This document shows, piece after piece, positions 54,584 to 63,988 of a stretch of DNA of 64,000 nucleotides. Below the pieces are notes generated by a model. The model was not told where the DNA came from. It saw only the letters and a program-made list of their open reading frames with translations, and made no database searches. The DNA comes from Candidatus Nomurabacteria bacterium (lineage in GTDB: Bacteria > Patescibacteriota > Minisyncoccia > Phycocordibacterales > JACOZG01), in NCBI GenBank assembly GCA_020847275.1, contig JADLCI010000001.1, positions 2,540 to 66,539 on the forward strand. Reading direction: 5' to 3'. The translations under genes were made by a program, and so were the position numbers. Position 1 is the stretch's first letter, and every line of letters begins with the position of its first letter.

Positions 54584-55723
54584 TTATTCTTCCAGTTTCA
54601 CAAACTGACCGTTTTTGATTGTTTTAATAAAGATATCCTTAACCGCATCACCATTATCGTCAATACTAAATACTCCACTTGCTCCAGCAAAATTACTTGT
54701 ATTATATAGACATTTCTTCACCTCTTCTACGTCGTTACCATTTTTCTCAAGACAGTCACTTAATAGATAGACCGCATCATAAGAATTGGCAGCTAGCGTA
54801 TCTGGCTCGCCCATAAACCTTGCCACATACCTATTGTAAAAAGATCTTACACTTTCTTCTCCACCATGACTATCGTAAGAATAGGGGTATAGAAGTCCTT
54901 CAGCCAAAGAACCAGCAACATTAACTATGTCTGGTCCTTCGACACCAATGTTGTAAAACTGAGCCCTTATCCCTAGTTCGTGTGCTTGTTTAAGAATTAA
55001 CCCGACCATCTTAGGTGAAGCAATTAAGAAAACATCAGATGGATTTTGTGCCTTAATCTTGGTAAGTTCGGTTTTGAAGTCTATCGTCTTTTGATCAAAT
55101 CTTTCTATCAAACCAATTTTTCTGCCGGTAGACTCAAATACAGGTATAAAAGTCTTTAGATAAGGATCAGTAATTGCTGTATTTATAACAAGAAAATGTA
55201 ATGTGTCATTCTTTATTTTTTCCGCCACGAACCTAGCAAAAATCGGGGCCTCCTGTGCGCTATTATGAATAATCCTAAACACATAGTCCCCAAGTAGGGA
55301 TATCTCGTCTGACTGAGCGCCAGTTACAATCAGAATCGCTTTTGACTCTTCCGTTATGGGCCCAACAGCCATTACTTCTGATGAACCGTAAGGACCAATA
55401 AGGTAGCGCACCCCGTCCAGATTTAACAATTTACGTACCGCACTTACTGCTACCTGCGCTTCGTACCTGCTGTCCTCATAAAGAAGATCAATCTTGTGTT
55501 TCCTATTAGGATCAGTATTGATCTCTTCTACTGCCAAGTTCAGTCCGTTCTGACTAAATTCACCTGCGTCTGCCCTCACACCAGATAAAGGCAAAATCAC
55601 CCCAATCTTAACCACCTCATTACTCTCCGGAGTGACTGACTCTTTCTTGTTTAAACTAAACAAACCCCAAACCACGAGCGCAATTACCACTAGCCAAGCG
55701 AGTATCTTTGTCTGTTTATCCAT
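54584..55723 (-). CDS. ABC transporter substrate-binding protein, branched-chain amino acid (LivJ/Peripla_BP_6) type
   Basis: 379 aa; N-terminal TM anchor; KIGVILPLSGVRADAGEFSQNGLNLAVEEIN...LIGPYGSS. Confidence 0.7.
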   Translation of the reverse strand: MDKQTKILAWLVVIALVVWGLFSLNKKESVTPESNEVVKIGVILPLSGVRADAGEFSQNGLNLAVEEINTDPNRKHKIDLLYEDSRYEAQVAVSAVRKLLNLDGVRYLIGPYGSSEVMAVGPITEESKAILIVTGAQSDEISLLGDYVFRIIHNSAQEAPIFARFVAEKIKNDTLHFLVINTAITDPYLKTFIPVFESTGRKIGLIERFDQKTIDFKTELTKIKAQNPSDVFLIASPKMVGLILKQAHELGIRAQFYNIGVEGPDIVNVAGSLAEGLLYPYSYDSHGGEESVRSFYNRYVARFMGEPDTLAANSYDAVYLLSDCLEKNGNDVEEVKKCLYNTSNFAGASGVFSIDDNGDAVKDIFIKTIKNGQFVKLEE

Positions 55724-55731
55724 TTTCTGTA

Positions 55732-57060
55732 TTATAACTCCAATTCCACCCTCTCGCCAGCATTCGGTGCTGTGGCCATAAGACCAAGATAATCACGAAT
55801 CTTCTGCACTAAATAAAGTGACGATTTCGGTTCCCCCATAACGACAAAAACCTGTTTAACAGTATCAGAGGTGTGTGCAACAAACTCTAATAAATCATCA
55901 GAACCCTTGTGCCCAGAATAGCCGCTGACAGAAACAATTTTCGCCCGTACCGACACCTCCTCGCCCAGAATTTTAACTTGCTTCATCCCATCTTCTAGTT
56001 GGCGACCCAATGATCCGGCGGCTTGATAGCCGGCAAGAAGTAGGGCACTAGCTGGGTCAGGCAGGTAACGTTTCTCGTGATGAATAATCCGCCCGCCATT
56101 ACTCATACCAGACCCCGCCAACAAAATTTTCCTTCTCGGCGCGGCAGTAATCGCTCTCGATTGCTCGGTTGTTAAGGTTCTCTCAAGTTGAGAAAAGTCA
56201 AAAAGTTTACCAACATACTTCTCGTAAACACCCGTCACCTTAATTGCCAGCGGTGAATCAAGAAAGACGGGCACTGGCGGAATCCGTCCAGCCTCCATCA
56301 TTTTTTTAATCTCAAAGATCATTTCCTGTGTTCGTTCAATCGAGAAAACTGGAACCATGAGCGTGCCACCGGCTTTCATTGTTTCCTCAATCACATCTTC
56401 CAGCTCCTCGCGACTACGCTCCCGATTATCATGATTACGATCACCATAAACTGATTCCATTATCAAGTAATCGGCGTCTGTGATAGATTCCGTATCGGCG
56501 AGGAGTAAACTTGGTGAATTTCCCAGATCACCGGTGAAAACGATTTTCCGACCATTCACCTTAATCTCAAACATTGCCGAACCAAGAATATGCCCAGCGT
56601 CTCGCATTGTCACCTCCAAATTTTCCCCCAATTTGAATGTTTGTTTATAATCATGCGTTTCCCACATCCGCAAGGCCTGTTCTACGTCTGCTTCATTATA
56701 GATCGGGGGTAAATTGGAACCACGGGCCTCTTTCTCCAGCACGCCCATGCTATCAATCAAACTTAACTCAGAAACTGCCCGTGTGGCCGGAGTGGAATAA
56801 ATCTTTCCCTTAAAGCCGTCCCGCACTAGCTTGGGGATCCGGCCGATGTGATCAAGATGCGCATGAGTCACCAGTAGAAAATTGATACTCGCTGGATTGT
56901 AAGCAAAGCTCTCCCGATTCTTGTCATCGGCAACTTTTGACCCCTGAAAAAAACCACAATCAACTAGAATCTTAGTATCTCCAGCCTCCAACAAAAAATT
57001 CGCGCCCGTAACGCTTCCCGCTCCGCCATAGAATGTAACCACTGCTTTATTATCCGCCAT
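55732..57060 (-). CDS. MBL-fold beta-CASP RNA-metabolising hydrolase (RNase J/CPSF-like)
   Basis: 442 aa; metallo-beta-lactamase motifs (HAHLDH, DAGH), beta-CASP motifs A-C, and a C-terminal RNA-specificity domain. Confidence 0.75.
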   Translation of the reverse strand: MADNKAVVTFYGGAGSVTGANFLLEAGDTKILVDCGFFQGSKVADDKNRESFAYNPASINFLLVTHAHLDHIGRIPKLVRDGFKGKIYSTPATRAVSELSLIDSMGVLEKEARGSNLPPIYNEADVEQALRMWETHDYKQTFKLGENLEVTMRDAGHILGSAMFEIKVNGRKIVFTGDLGNSPSLLLADTESITDADYLIMESVYGDRNHDNRERSREELEDVIEETMKAGGTLMVPVFSIERTQEMIFEIKKMMEAGRIPPVPVFLDSPLAIKVTGVYEKYVGKLFDFSQLERTLTTEQSRAITAAPRRKILLAGSGMSNGGRIIHHEKRYLPDPASALLLAGYQAAGSLGRQLEDGMKQVKILGEEVSVRAKIVSVSGYSGHKGSDDLLEFVAHTSDTVKQVFVVMGEPKSSLYLVQKIRDYLGLMATAPNAGERVELEL

Positions 57061-57102
57061 CTAGTTCTCTTATTATAAGCGATTCATCCCTTCCAGACAA
57101 CC

Positions 57103-57131
57103 AAAAAATCTCCGAAAATTGGAGATTTTTT
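57103..57131. terminator. bidirectional intrinsic terminator
   Basis: AAAAAA-TCTCC-GAAAATT-GGAGA-TTTTTT. Confidence 0.6.
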
Positions 57132-57266
57132 GGTGAGGCCTCTGGCTGTTGCCTAGATTGAATCTAGGTGGGTGTCCGCAAGACGCAACCAAGATCACGC
57201 CCGTATAAGACTCCCTGAAAATGTTATCTAGTCAAATTCACCAAAGACCTCACCCCCATTCTCTTC

Positions 57267-57878
57267 TTATTCCAAAAGACCGTCAATATTTACATCATAC
57301 AGAATCTGTTCTTGAACAAGTCTGTAATCAATCAGCTCCTCTGGTTTAAACCAATGCTTAATCTCCAACTCCGCTTCGGGAACAGTGCCAGAAGCGTGAA
57401 TCAAATTACGGACCGAACGACCATCGCCATCGCTCATAACATAAGAATCCAAGACAAAATCGCCACGAATCGTGCCAATATCAGAAGTAAGCGGTTCGGT
57501 ACCACCAGTAATTTTCCGCACAATGGGGACGGCATGACCGCCCTGCCAAACCATCGCGATCACTGGGCCACTTGTCATATATTTCTTCAGATTCTCCAGA
57601 ATCCGCCCGGTAATCTCCAGTGGGTCCATTGACGGTGGTTTAAGTCCCTTTTTTTCATAGCTCGCAATAGTCTTCTCGCCAGTAATTCGCCGCCAATTTG
57701 GGTCAAGAGTGTAGTGCTTCTCCACCATATCAGCTGTTGGTACAAGCATTTTGACACCAACCAACTTCAAACCGGTACGCTCATAGCGCTTTATTATCTC
57801 ACCGATGAGAGTGCGCTGAATACCGTCCGGCTTAATCAACACCAGTGTTCGCTCAATTTTGGGGTGATTCTGATTCAT
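57267..57878 (-). CDS. ndk: nucleoside diphosphate kinase (long form with insertion)
   Basis: 203 aa; ERTLVLIKPDGIQR, the NLIHASG active-site His region and YMTSGPV. Confidence 0.8.
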   Translation of the reverse strand: MNQNHPKIERTLVLIKPDGIQRTLIGEIIKRYERTGLKLVGVKMLVPTADMVEKHYTLDPNWRRITGEKTIASYEKKGLKPPSMDPLEITGRILENLKKYMTSGPVIAMVWQGGHAVPIVRKITGGTEPLTSDIGTIRGDFVLDSYVMSDGDGRSVRNLIHASGTVPEAELEIKHWFKPEELIDYRLVQEQILYDVNIDGLLE

Positions 57879-57896
57879 TGTTTGTTTAATCTAACA

Positions 57897-57926
57897 CAAA
57901 AGACCCCTGTCTCCAAGGGTCTTTTG
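57897..57926 (-). terminator. intrinsic terminator after the DUF378 gene
   Basis: AAAGACCCTTGGAGACAGGGGTCTTTT on the minus strand, followed by GTGTT. Confidence 0.6.
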
Positions 57927-57944
57927 TTAAAAACAAAGACTGAA

Positions 57945-58169
57945 TTACATCGCTGCTCCAGAACCACCGTTGCCGCAGGACTTGCAACCCTTCTTGTGGG
58001 TAACAAGTTCGTAAATCGCCGACAAGCCCACCAAAACAAAGATGATATTGCTAAGGGTCATCCCGAGCATACCAACCACATTCCAGTCACTGCCAGCGAA
58101 ACCACCAATACCAACGAGGCCCCAATTGAGACCACCGATGATAAGCAGAATCCAAGAAAGCATGTGCAT
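57945..58169 (-). CDS. DUF378-family small membrane protein
   Basis: 74 aa; LLIIGGLNWGLVGIGGF...VLVGLSAIYELV matches the DUF378 two-helix signature; Gly/Cys-rich tail. Confidence 0.6.
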   Translation of the reverse strand: MHMLSWILLIIGGLNWGLVGIGGFAGSDWNVVGMLGMTLSNIIFVLVGLSAIYELVTHKKGCKSCGNGGSGAAM

Positions 58170-58220
58170 AAAGATTTTTCTTTATTAACTAATAATAAAA
58201 ACGCCTCTCTAATTATAGCA

Positions 58221-58982
58221 TTAACGGGTCAACACTTCAGCTCCATTTCTGTTGATAACGACTGTGTGTTCAAAATGGGCTGAAAGCGAACCGTCTGCCG
58301 TCTTAACGGTATAGCCGTCAGGTAAGAACTTGACTCCCCAACCACCAAGATTAAGCATCGGCTCAATCGCCAAAACAAGGCCCTCTTCAAGCACCAAACC
58401 GCTCCCGCCAGGGCCAAAATTGGCAATCATTGGCTCCTCATGAACCTTATACCCCACGCCATGGCCACCCAAATCGCGAACTAATCCAAGGCCATTCTTT
58501 TTAGAAACTTTCTCGATTGCCGCACCAATATCGCTCAGATGGGCACCGGGTACAGCCGCCTCTATTCCCCGATCTAGTGCCTCTCTCGTTGCGGTGATTA
58601 ATTTATCTACTTCTGGCAATGTGTCCCCAATAGCAATAGTAATAGCTGAGTCAGTGAAAAGACCACCGTGTTTCAAGCCAAGATCCAAACTAACCACGTC
58701 ACCATCTTGCAAAGCACGACTACCAGGAATACCGTGAACGACTTCATCGTTTATAGAAACACAAAGTGCGGCTGGGAATGGTGCTGGAGCGCCAGCAGGT
58801 TGATAGTTGAGGAAAGCCGGCTCGTCACCATTCTTGGCAATTAAATCACGCGCAAGTTGATCCAGTTCACCAGTTGTTACACCAACCTTCGAGATTTGGG
58901 CCAGCTCACGTAAGATTTCCCCCAATCTCTTGCCCCCGACACGCAAAATGGCAATCTCATCGTCACTCTTTTTTTTAATCAT
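58221..58982 (-). CDS. map: methionine aminopeptidase type I
   Basis: 253 aa; pita-bread fold with metal ligands (D..D, H, E, E) in conserved spacing; HGVGYKVHEEP. Confidence 0.9.
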   Translation of the reverse strand: MIKKKSDDEIAILRVGGKRLGEILRELAQISKVGVTTGELDQLARDLIAKNGDEPAFLNYQPAGAPAPFPAALCVSINDEVVHGIPGSRALQDGDVVSLDLGLKHGGLFTDSAITIAIGDTLPEVDKLITATREALDRGIEAAVPGAHLSDIGAAIEKVSKKNGLGLVRDLGGHGVGYKVHEEPMIANFGPGGSGLVLEEGLVLAIEPMLNLGGWGVKFLPDGYTVKTADGSLSAHFEHTVVINRNGAEVLTR

Positions 58983-59593
58983 AAACCAATTTTCCCTATG
59001 ATTTCTTGGTGCACTTCCGGAATAGTCTGCAAACCATTAATATCGAGAAAGGTATGCCCCGAGTGGGTACGATAATAATCTACGACCGGAGCCACATCGG
59101 TCATAAACCAACTTAGGCGCTTCTTTATCCCAGCCTCTGTGTCATCTGCCCGACCAGTTTCTTGTGCCCGCTTTAATAATTTCTCTACCGACCAATCATC
59201 GTGAACATCCAGATGGATGATTGTCGACTTACTTGCACCATAAAAACGGAATGCGGTATCAAGGGCCTCCGCCTCAATCACCGTACGTGGGGTACCATCG
59301 ATTACAACCCGTTCCCCGCCCTTTAAATTGTTAATAAAAAAATTAGCCCAGTTGTAGATGGCCAGAAAAGCAAGGGTCAAACCACCGCCGCCATTATCTA
59401 TTACCTCCTGAGTCAAGCGAGAAGTATAATTGTCGCGCGACTTAAACTCACGGAGGAGAGCACCTGTCTCCATGTAGTAAACAGGCCGAGACGAGTCGCC
59501 CCGCTTCAGATAATCAATAAGAAGTGCTGCCTGCGTTCCCTTTCCTGCTCCTGGTCGACCCAAGAAAACATAAGGCTCAATCGGCTGATTCAT
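58979..59593 (-). CDS. adk: adenylate kinase-like nucleoside monophosphate kinase
   Basis: 204 aa; P-loop GRPGAGKGTQA, an NMP-binding region and a LID-like segment; secY-adk-map order. Confidence 0.75.
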   Translation of the reverse strand: MNQPIEPYVFLGRPGAGKGTQAALLIDYLKRGDSSRPVYYMETGALLREFKSRDNYTSRLTQEVIDNGGGGLTLAFLAIYNWANFFINNLKGGERVVIDGTPRTVIEAEALDTAFRFYGASKSTIIHLDVHDDWSVEKLLKRAQETGRADDTEAGIKKRLSWFMTDVAPVVDYYRTHSGHTFLDINGLQTIPEVHQEIIGKIGL

Positions 59594-59626
59594 TCGGACA
59601 GTATAACAAAAAACTCGGTGATAGTT

Positions 59627-60898
59627 CTAGTACTCCCGCATTGAAAGCTGTGCCCCAACCTGCTTCATAAATTCAAGTGCCACCGATACAACGATAAGTA
59701 GTCCCGTGCCACCAATTGCGAGTGATGTTAGTCCAGTCAGTGACTGCATGGCGAGTGGCAAAATAGCGATTAGCGCAAGGAAAACTGCCCCAACAAAGGT
59801 CAAGCGGTAGAGCACGAAAGCAACATGTTCCGCCGTTGGTCGTCCGGGGCGAATTCCAGGAATGAAAGCACCGTTTTTCTGCAAATTAGTGGCCACTGAT
59901 TCCGGGTCAAACGTAATCGCTGAATAGAAATAGGTAAAAATAAAAATAAGGAAAAAGTAGGCCACGCCATAGAACCAAGCATTATTCAGCGCGGCGGTAA
60001 CCCAGCCAGACAGGTTCTTGATCCAGAAAATATCCACCCGTGTCAAAAAGCCGGCAATCATCTGTGGGAATAGAAGAACGGAGAGAGCAAAGATAATTGG
60101 CATCACTCCAGCCTGATTTAGACGGAGAGGTAGGTAGGTAGAGGCGCCGCCATAGACCTTGTTTCCGCGGACACGCTTGGCATAAGTCACGGGAATCGGT
60201 CTCTCCGCCTCGGTCACCACGACAACACCAGCTGTCACAATTAGGGCAACGGCAAGAAAAACGAGGTAAAGTGGAACCTGGCTAGCTTCAAAATTGACAG
60301 CCAATTGACTAACCGTAGAGGGAATGCCTGCCAAAATACCGGCAAAGATTATCAAAGATACACCGTTGCCAATTCCATATTCGCTAATCAGTTCACCAAT
60401 CCACATGAGAAGCACTGAACCGGCCACAATGGTGACCACGTTGATCAGTTTAGAACCCAAACTTAAGTGGAGAAGGACCCCCTGATTCTCGAGCAAGGCA
60501 AGAAGTGCATACCCTTGGATAATCGCAAGTGGCACCGTGAGCAAGCGAGAATACTGAGTAAACTTTCGCCTACCGGCCTCGCCCTCTTCGCTATAAAGAC
60601 GCTTAATGGCTGGAAACATAATCGTGAGGAGTTGCATGATAATCGAGCCAGTGATAAATGGACCGACCCCAAGCATGAAAATGGAGAGGTTAGAAAGTCC
60701 GCCACCAGAAAAGACGTTTAAAAGACCCAAGAATTGGTTCCCAGAGAAAAACCGTGCCAGTGCTTCACTATTCACACCCGGAACTGGTATGGTTGTACCT
60801 AGGCGAAAGAGGACCAAAGCACCGAGTACAAAGAGTAGGCGTCCGCGAAGGGTGCTGTCGGAGAGAATAAGTTTAATTTTGCTACCGAAACTATTCAT
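59627..60898 (-). CDS. secY: preprotein translocase subunit SecY
   Basis: 423 aa; 10 TM helices and the plug region; follows rplO. Confidence 0.95.
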   Translation of the reverse strand: MNSFGSKIKLILSDSTLRGRLLFVLGALVLFRLGTTIPVPGVNSEALARFFSGNQFLGLLNVFSGGGLSNLSIFMLGVGPFITGSIIMQLLTIMFPAIKRLYSEEGEAGRRKFTQYSRLLTVPLAIIQGYALLALLENQGVLLHLSLGSKLINVVTIVAGSVLLMWIGELISEYGIGNGVSLIIFAGILAGIPSTVSQLAVNFEASQVPLYLVFLAVALIVTAGVVVVTEAERPIPVTYAKRVRGNKVYGGASTYLPLRLNQAGVMPIIFALSVLLFPQMIAGFLTRVDIFWIKNLSGWVTAALNNAWFYGVAYFFLIFIFTYFYSAITFDPESVATNLQKNGAFIPGIRPGRPTAEHVAFVLYRLTFVGAVFLALIAILPLAMQSLTGLTSLAIGGTGLLIVVSVALEFMKQVGAQLSMREY

Positions 60899-60909
60899 AT
60901 TTTTATTTA

Positions 60910-61359
60910 CTAAGAAATCTTACCACCCGCTTTTTCAATCTGGACACGCGCCGAGGCGGAAACGAGACAATCAGTAAACTGGAAAGTCTTTGAAAGCGCC
61001 CCGCCAGCAAGAATCTTCACCTTTGGTAATTTGCCAGACTCCCTTCGAATCAATTTCTGTTCAAAAAGTGCCGCTGGATTAATCGTTGCGCCAGAAGCGA
61101 AGACTTTGTTAATTGAACCAAGTTGCACCACTTTTGCCTTCACAACCCCGTCATTCACGGTCAACCCACGATTACGACCGTACCCACGACGCTTGGGGAT
61201 CTTTTTGATTATGTCGCGCAATTCGGGACGAAGCTTACGGCCAGAGCGAGCGAGTTGTCCCTTGGTGCCACGTCCGGCTGTCTTACCACGCTTACCACCA
61301 CGACCAATTTGGCGAGATTTCTTTAGGGGATGTTCACGTTTTAATTGATGAATTTGCAT
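60910..61359 (-). CDS. rplO: 50S ribosomal protein L15
   Basis: 149 aa; KKSRQIGRGGKRGKTAGRGTKGQ. Confidence 0.9.
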   Translation of the reverse strand: MQIHQLKREHPLKKSRQIGRGGKRGKTAGRGTKGQLARSGRKLRPELRDIIKKIPKRRGYGRNRGLTVNDGVVKAKVVQLGSINKVFASGATINPAALFEQKLIRRESGKLPKVKILAGGALSKTFQFTDCLVSASARVQIEKAGGKIS

Positions 61360-61370
61360 AAATTTTAAAT

Positions 61371-61877
61371 TTACTGGGCAAAAGCTTTTAGCGCTTCCAT
61401 TGTGACACGCGAATTATTCAGTTTATTCTTGCTCTTGGAGAGAATCTTCGCACTTACATCACGGACGCCAGCTAGGTTAAGAATCACCCGAACAGCGCTC
61501 CCCGCCACCAAACCACGTCCAGGCGCAGGCTTAAGTAGAAGACGCGAGCTGGAATATTTGACCAAAACTTCGTGTGGCACAGAGCCGGTCTTGGTTAGGC
61601 GAAGAGTCATCATCTCCTTCTTGGCTTGATGAAAAGCTTTCTCAATCGCACTTGAAATATCTGAGGACTTGCCAACACCAAGACCAATCTTACCCTTGCG
61701 ATTTCCCGCCGCAAGAACGAGTGAAAAAGAGAAGCGACGTCCGCCGCGAACCACGCGAACCACGCGACGAATATTGACAATCGCTTGATCGAATTCTGAC
61801 TTTGGCTTCTCGGGTCGTCCTCCGCGACCACCTCGGCCACCGCCACCTCGTCGATCATTGGTATTGTTGTTGTTCAT
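61371..61877 (-). CDS. rpsE: 30S ribosomal protein S5
   Basis: 168 aa; RVVRVVRGGRRFSF...VGKSSD...AIEKA. It is directly adjacent to rplO, with no rpmD in between. Confidence 0.9.
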   Translation of the reverse strand: MNNNNTNDRRGGGGRGGRGGRPEKPKSEFDQAIVNIRRVVRVVRGGRRFSFSLVLAAGNRKGKIGLGVGKSSDISSAIEKAFHQAKKEMMTLRLTKTGSVPHEVLVKYSSSRLLLKPAPGRGLVAGSAVRVILNLAGVRDVSAKILSKSKNKLNNSRVTMEALKAFAQ

Positions 61878-61882
61878 AAAAT

Positions 61883-62224
61883 TTAGAAAATTAGGCCGCC
61901 AGAGCGAGCACCTTCGGCAACTTGTTTAACTCGACCAGCGTAGATGTAACCCCCACGGTCAAAGGCAACTGTCTTTATTTTTTTTGCCAAAGCCTCTTTA
62001 GCAATGAGCTCACCCACCCCCTTTGCGTCAGGTGTTGGCTTAACTTTCAAATCACTCGCGGCGGCAATAGTTCGTCCAGCCACATCGTCAATCAGCTGAG
62101 CATAGATGTGCTTCTCCGAACGAAACACTGCCAGTCGCGGACGCAAAGCCGTACCGCGCACTCGGGCACGGACACGCGCCCGCCGTCGAGCTCTCTGATT
62201 TTTTTTGATATTAGCTTTAATCAT
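61883..62224 (-). CDS. rplR: 50S ribosomal protein L18
   Basis: 113 aa; [19 protein letters not shown]...[13 protein letters not shown]. Confidence 0.9.
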   Translation of the reverse strand: MIKANIKKNQRARRRARVRARVRGTALRPRLAVFRSEKHIYAQLIDDVAGRTIAAASDLKVKPTPDAKGVGELIAKEALAKKIKTVAFDRGGYIYAGRVKQVAEGARSGGLIF

Positions 62225-62230
62225 AAATAT

Positions 62231-62767
62231 TTAGGCTGTTACTTTTTTACCAGCCTTACGCCGAACAGTTTCCGTTGAGTAACGAATTCCTTTTCCTTTG
62301 TATGGCTCCGGTGGCCGGTAATCACGAATCTTAGCGGCAAAGTGGCCGACCAATTCCTTATCAGTCCCGCTAATTGTCAAATTACCTTTATCGACCGCCA
62401 CCTTGATTCCTTCTGGAACCTTAAGCTCAATTGGGTGAGAGAAACCGAGAGCAAAAACCAACTTATCGCCAGTCAAAGTGGCACGATAACCAACCCCCTC
62501 AATCGTCAATTGTTTCTGGAAACCAGTCGTCACCCCAGTAACCATATTAATTAAGTGAGACGCATATGTACCCCACAAAGCATTTGTCTCCAAGTTAAGT
62601 TTAAGAGGCTTAACTTGCGCAACATTTCCTTCAACCGTCACGGCTAGGCGCGGATCAAATTGTCGTTCGCTCTTACCAAGTGGACCAGAAACGGTTACCA
62701 AACCATCCTTAACAACACAAGTTGTTTTTTCTGGAAGCGTAATCAATCTTTTGCCAATTCTAGACAT
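62231..62767 (-). CDS. rplF: 50S ribosomal protein L6
   Basis: 178 aa; two L6 alpha/beta repeats; MSRIGKRLITLP. Confidence 0.9.
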   Translation of the reverse strand: MSRIGKRLITLPEKTTCVVKDGLVTVSGPLGKSERQFDPRLAVTVEGNVAQVKPLKLNLETNALWGTYASHLINMVTGVTTGFQKQLTIEGVGYRATLTGDKLVFALGFSHPIELKVPEGIKVAVDKGNLTISGTDKELVGHFAAKIRDYRPPEPYKGKGIRYSTETVRRKAGKKVTA

Positions 62768-62770
62768 AAA

Positions 62771-63163
62771 TTACCAGATTTTAAATAAAAGTTCGCCACC
62801 AACCTTAGCCATCCGTGCTTCCTTATCCGTGAGAAGTCCCTGTGGCGTGGAATAAATTCCGACACCATGTCCCTGGCGGACAGAGCGGATCTGGGTTGCA
62901 CGATGATAAAGACGCTGAGATGGTCGCGATACCCGCAACACATCTTCAATTTTCGGCTTTCCATTCTGATAAAACAACTCCACCTCAATCGTTTTCTGCA
63001 CTTTCTTGCCGCGTTTGCTAACGCTTTTCAAATAGCCAACCTGTTTCAATTTCTCGGCAATTGCGAGTTTAAGATTGGACGCTGGAAAAGATGCCGTTGG
63101 ACGCTTGGCCATACCAGCATTCTTCAAACGAATAATCATATCGGAAATTGAATCAGTGAGCAT
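62771..63163 (-). CDS. rpsH: 30S ribosomal protein S8
   Basis: 130 aa; MLTDSISDMIIRLKNA...GVGIYSTPQGLLTDKEAR. Confidence 0.9.
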   Translation of the reverse strand: MLTDSISDMIIRLKNAGMAKRPTASFPASNLKLAIAEKLKQVGYLKSVSKRGKKVQKTIEVELFYQNGKPKIEDVLRVSRPSQRLYHRATQIRSVRQGHGVGIYSTPQGLLTDKEARMAKVGGELLFKIW

Positions 63164-63174
63164 AAAAATTTAGA

Positions 63175-63360
63175 TTACCAAGATGACTTTTTCACTCCAG
63201 GAATTTTGCCTTCATTCGCCAACTCGCGGAAACAAATCCGACAAAGAGAGAAATCGCGCATGAAGGCTCGCTTGCGACCACAACGAAAACAACGCCGCAC
63301 AATTCTGGTGCTAAATTTTGGGGTCTTTTCTGACCGAGCAATAACTGATGTTTTCGCCAT
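63175..63360 (-). CDS. rpsZ: 30S ribosomal protein S14 (type Z, zinc-binding)
   Basis: 61 aa; [25 protein letters not shown]. Confidence 0.9.
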   Translation of the reverse strand: MAKTSVIARSEKTPKFSTRIVRRCFRCGRKRAFMRDFSLCRICFRELANEGKIPGVKKSSW

Positions 63361-63395
63361 AGCGAGTGTTTTATCTTAGCAAATAGGCCGTCTGT

Positions 63396-63427
63396 CGTCA
63401 AATGACGAAAAAACCGGCTCACATTCT
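63396..63427 (-). terminator. intrinsic terminator immediately upstream of the rpsZ promoter
   Basis: On the minus strand: GGCCCGGCTCACAGAATGTGAGCCGG followed by TTTTTTCG; then TTGACG-17-TAAGAT before the S14 ATG. Confidence 0.6.
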
Positions 63428-63472
63428 GTGAGCCGGGCCAGTCAAGCGCTTGTCTGGCAAGAGCGACCCGTC

Positions 63473-63988
63473 TCAGAACGGGCAAATAGACGAGAGGTAA
63501 TCACGAACCTCCGCTGTGTCCGGAGCCAAGTAAGACATCTCTTCCTCCCAACGAGAAAGATCAGAGATGCCAACGAAACGCAAGGTAATCAGATGGTCTT
63601 TCTTCAACTTCTGAAATTCGGTGAAGAAAGTGTGCAGGGCCGAAACTTCGAAAGCCCGTGATTCCAGCCCCGTAGCACTTGCCCCACCGCCACCAAGGGG
63701 CTTAAGGTGAATCAGAATCGTCCGTTTAAACGGCGATTGCTTCGGTGGCGTTTCGAGCACCCTCCATCTCTGTGGTTGCTCCTGCGACGCCCCCGTCATC
63801 AGAATCGCCCTGTCTCTGGCCTTCTGTCTCATGTCGACCGATACTGATTTCCCTTTTTCTTCTACAGGAGAATCCGGTGGGCGAATACCGATAACCACCG
63901 CTCCAGCAAAAGACAATACGACGAGCCAAACGAAGAACTCAAGAGCAGTCATACGACCCGATCGGTTCCAATTCCTTCTTCCAGCCAT
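63473..63988 (-). CDS. hypothetical membrane-anchored protein (GC-richer, occupies the expected rplE position)
   Basis: 171 aa; strong SD AAGGAG; one TM (ALEFFVWLVVLSFAGAVVIGI), then a soluble domain with GGGGASATG; GC is about 53-55% against a 46% background. Confidence 0.5.
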   Translation of the reverse strand: MAGRRNWNRSGRMTALEFFVWLVVLSFAGAVVIGIRPPDSPVEEKGKSVSVDMRQKARDRAILMTGASQEQPQRWRVLETPPKQSPFKRTILIHLKPLGGGGASATGLESRAFEVSALHTFFTEFQKLKKDHLITLRFVGISDLSRWEEEMSYLAPDTAEVRDYLSSICPF

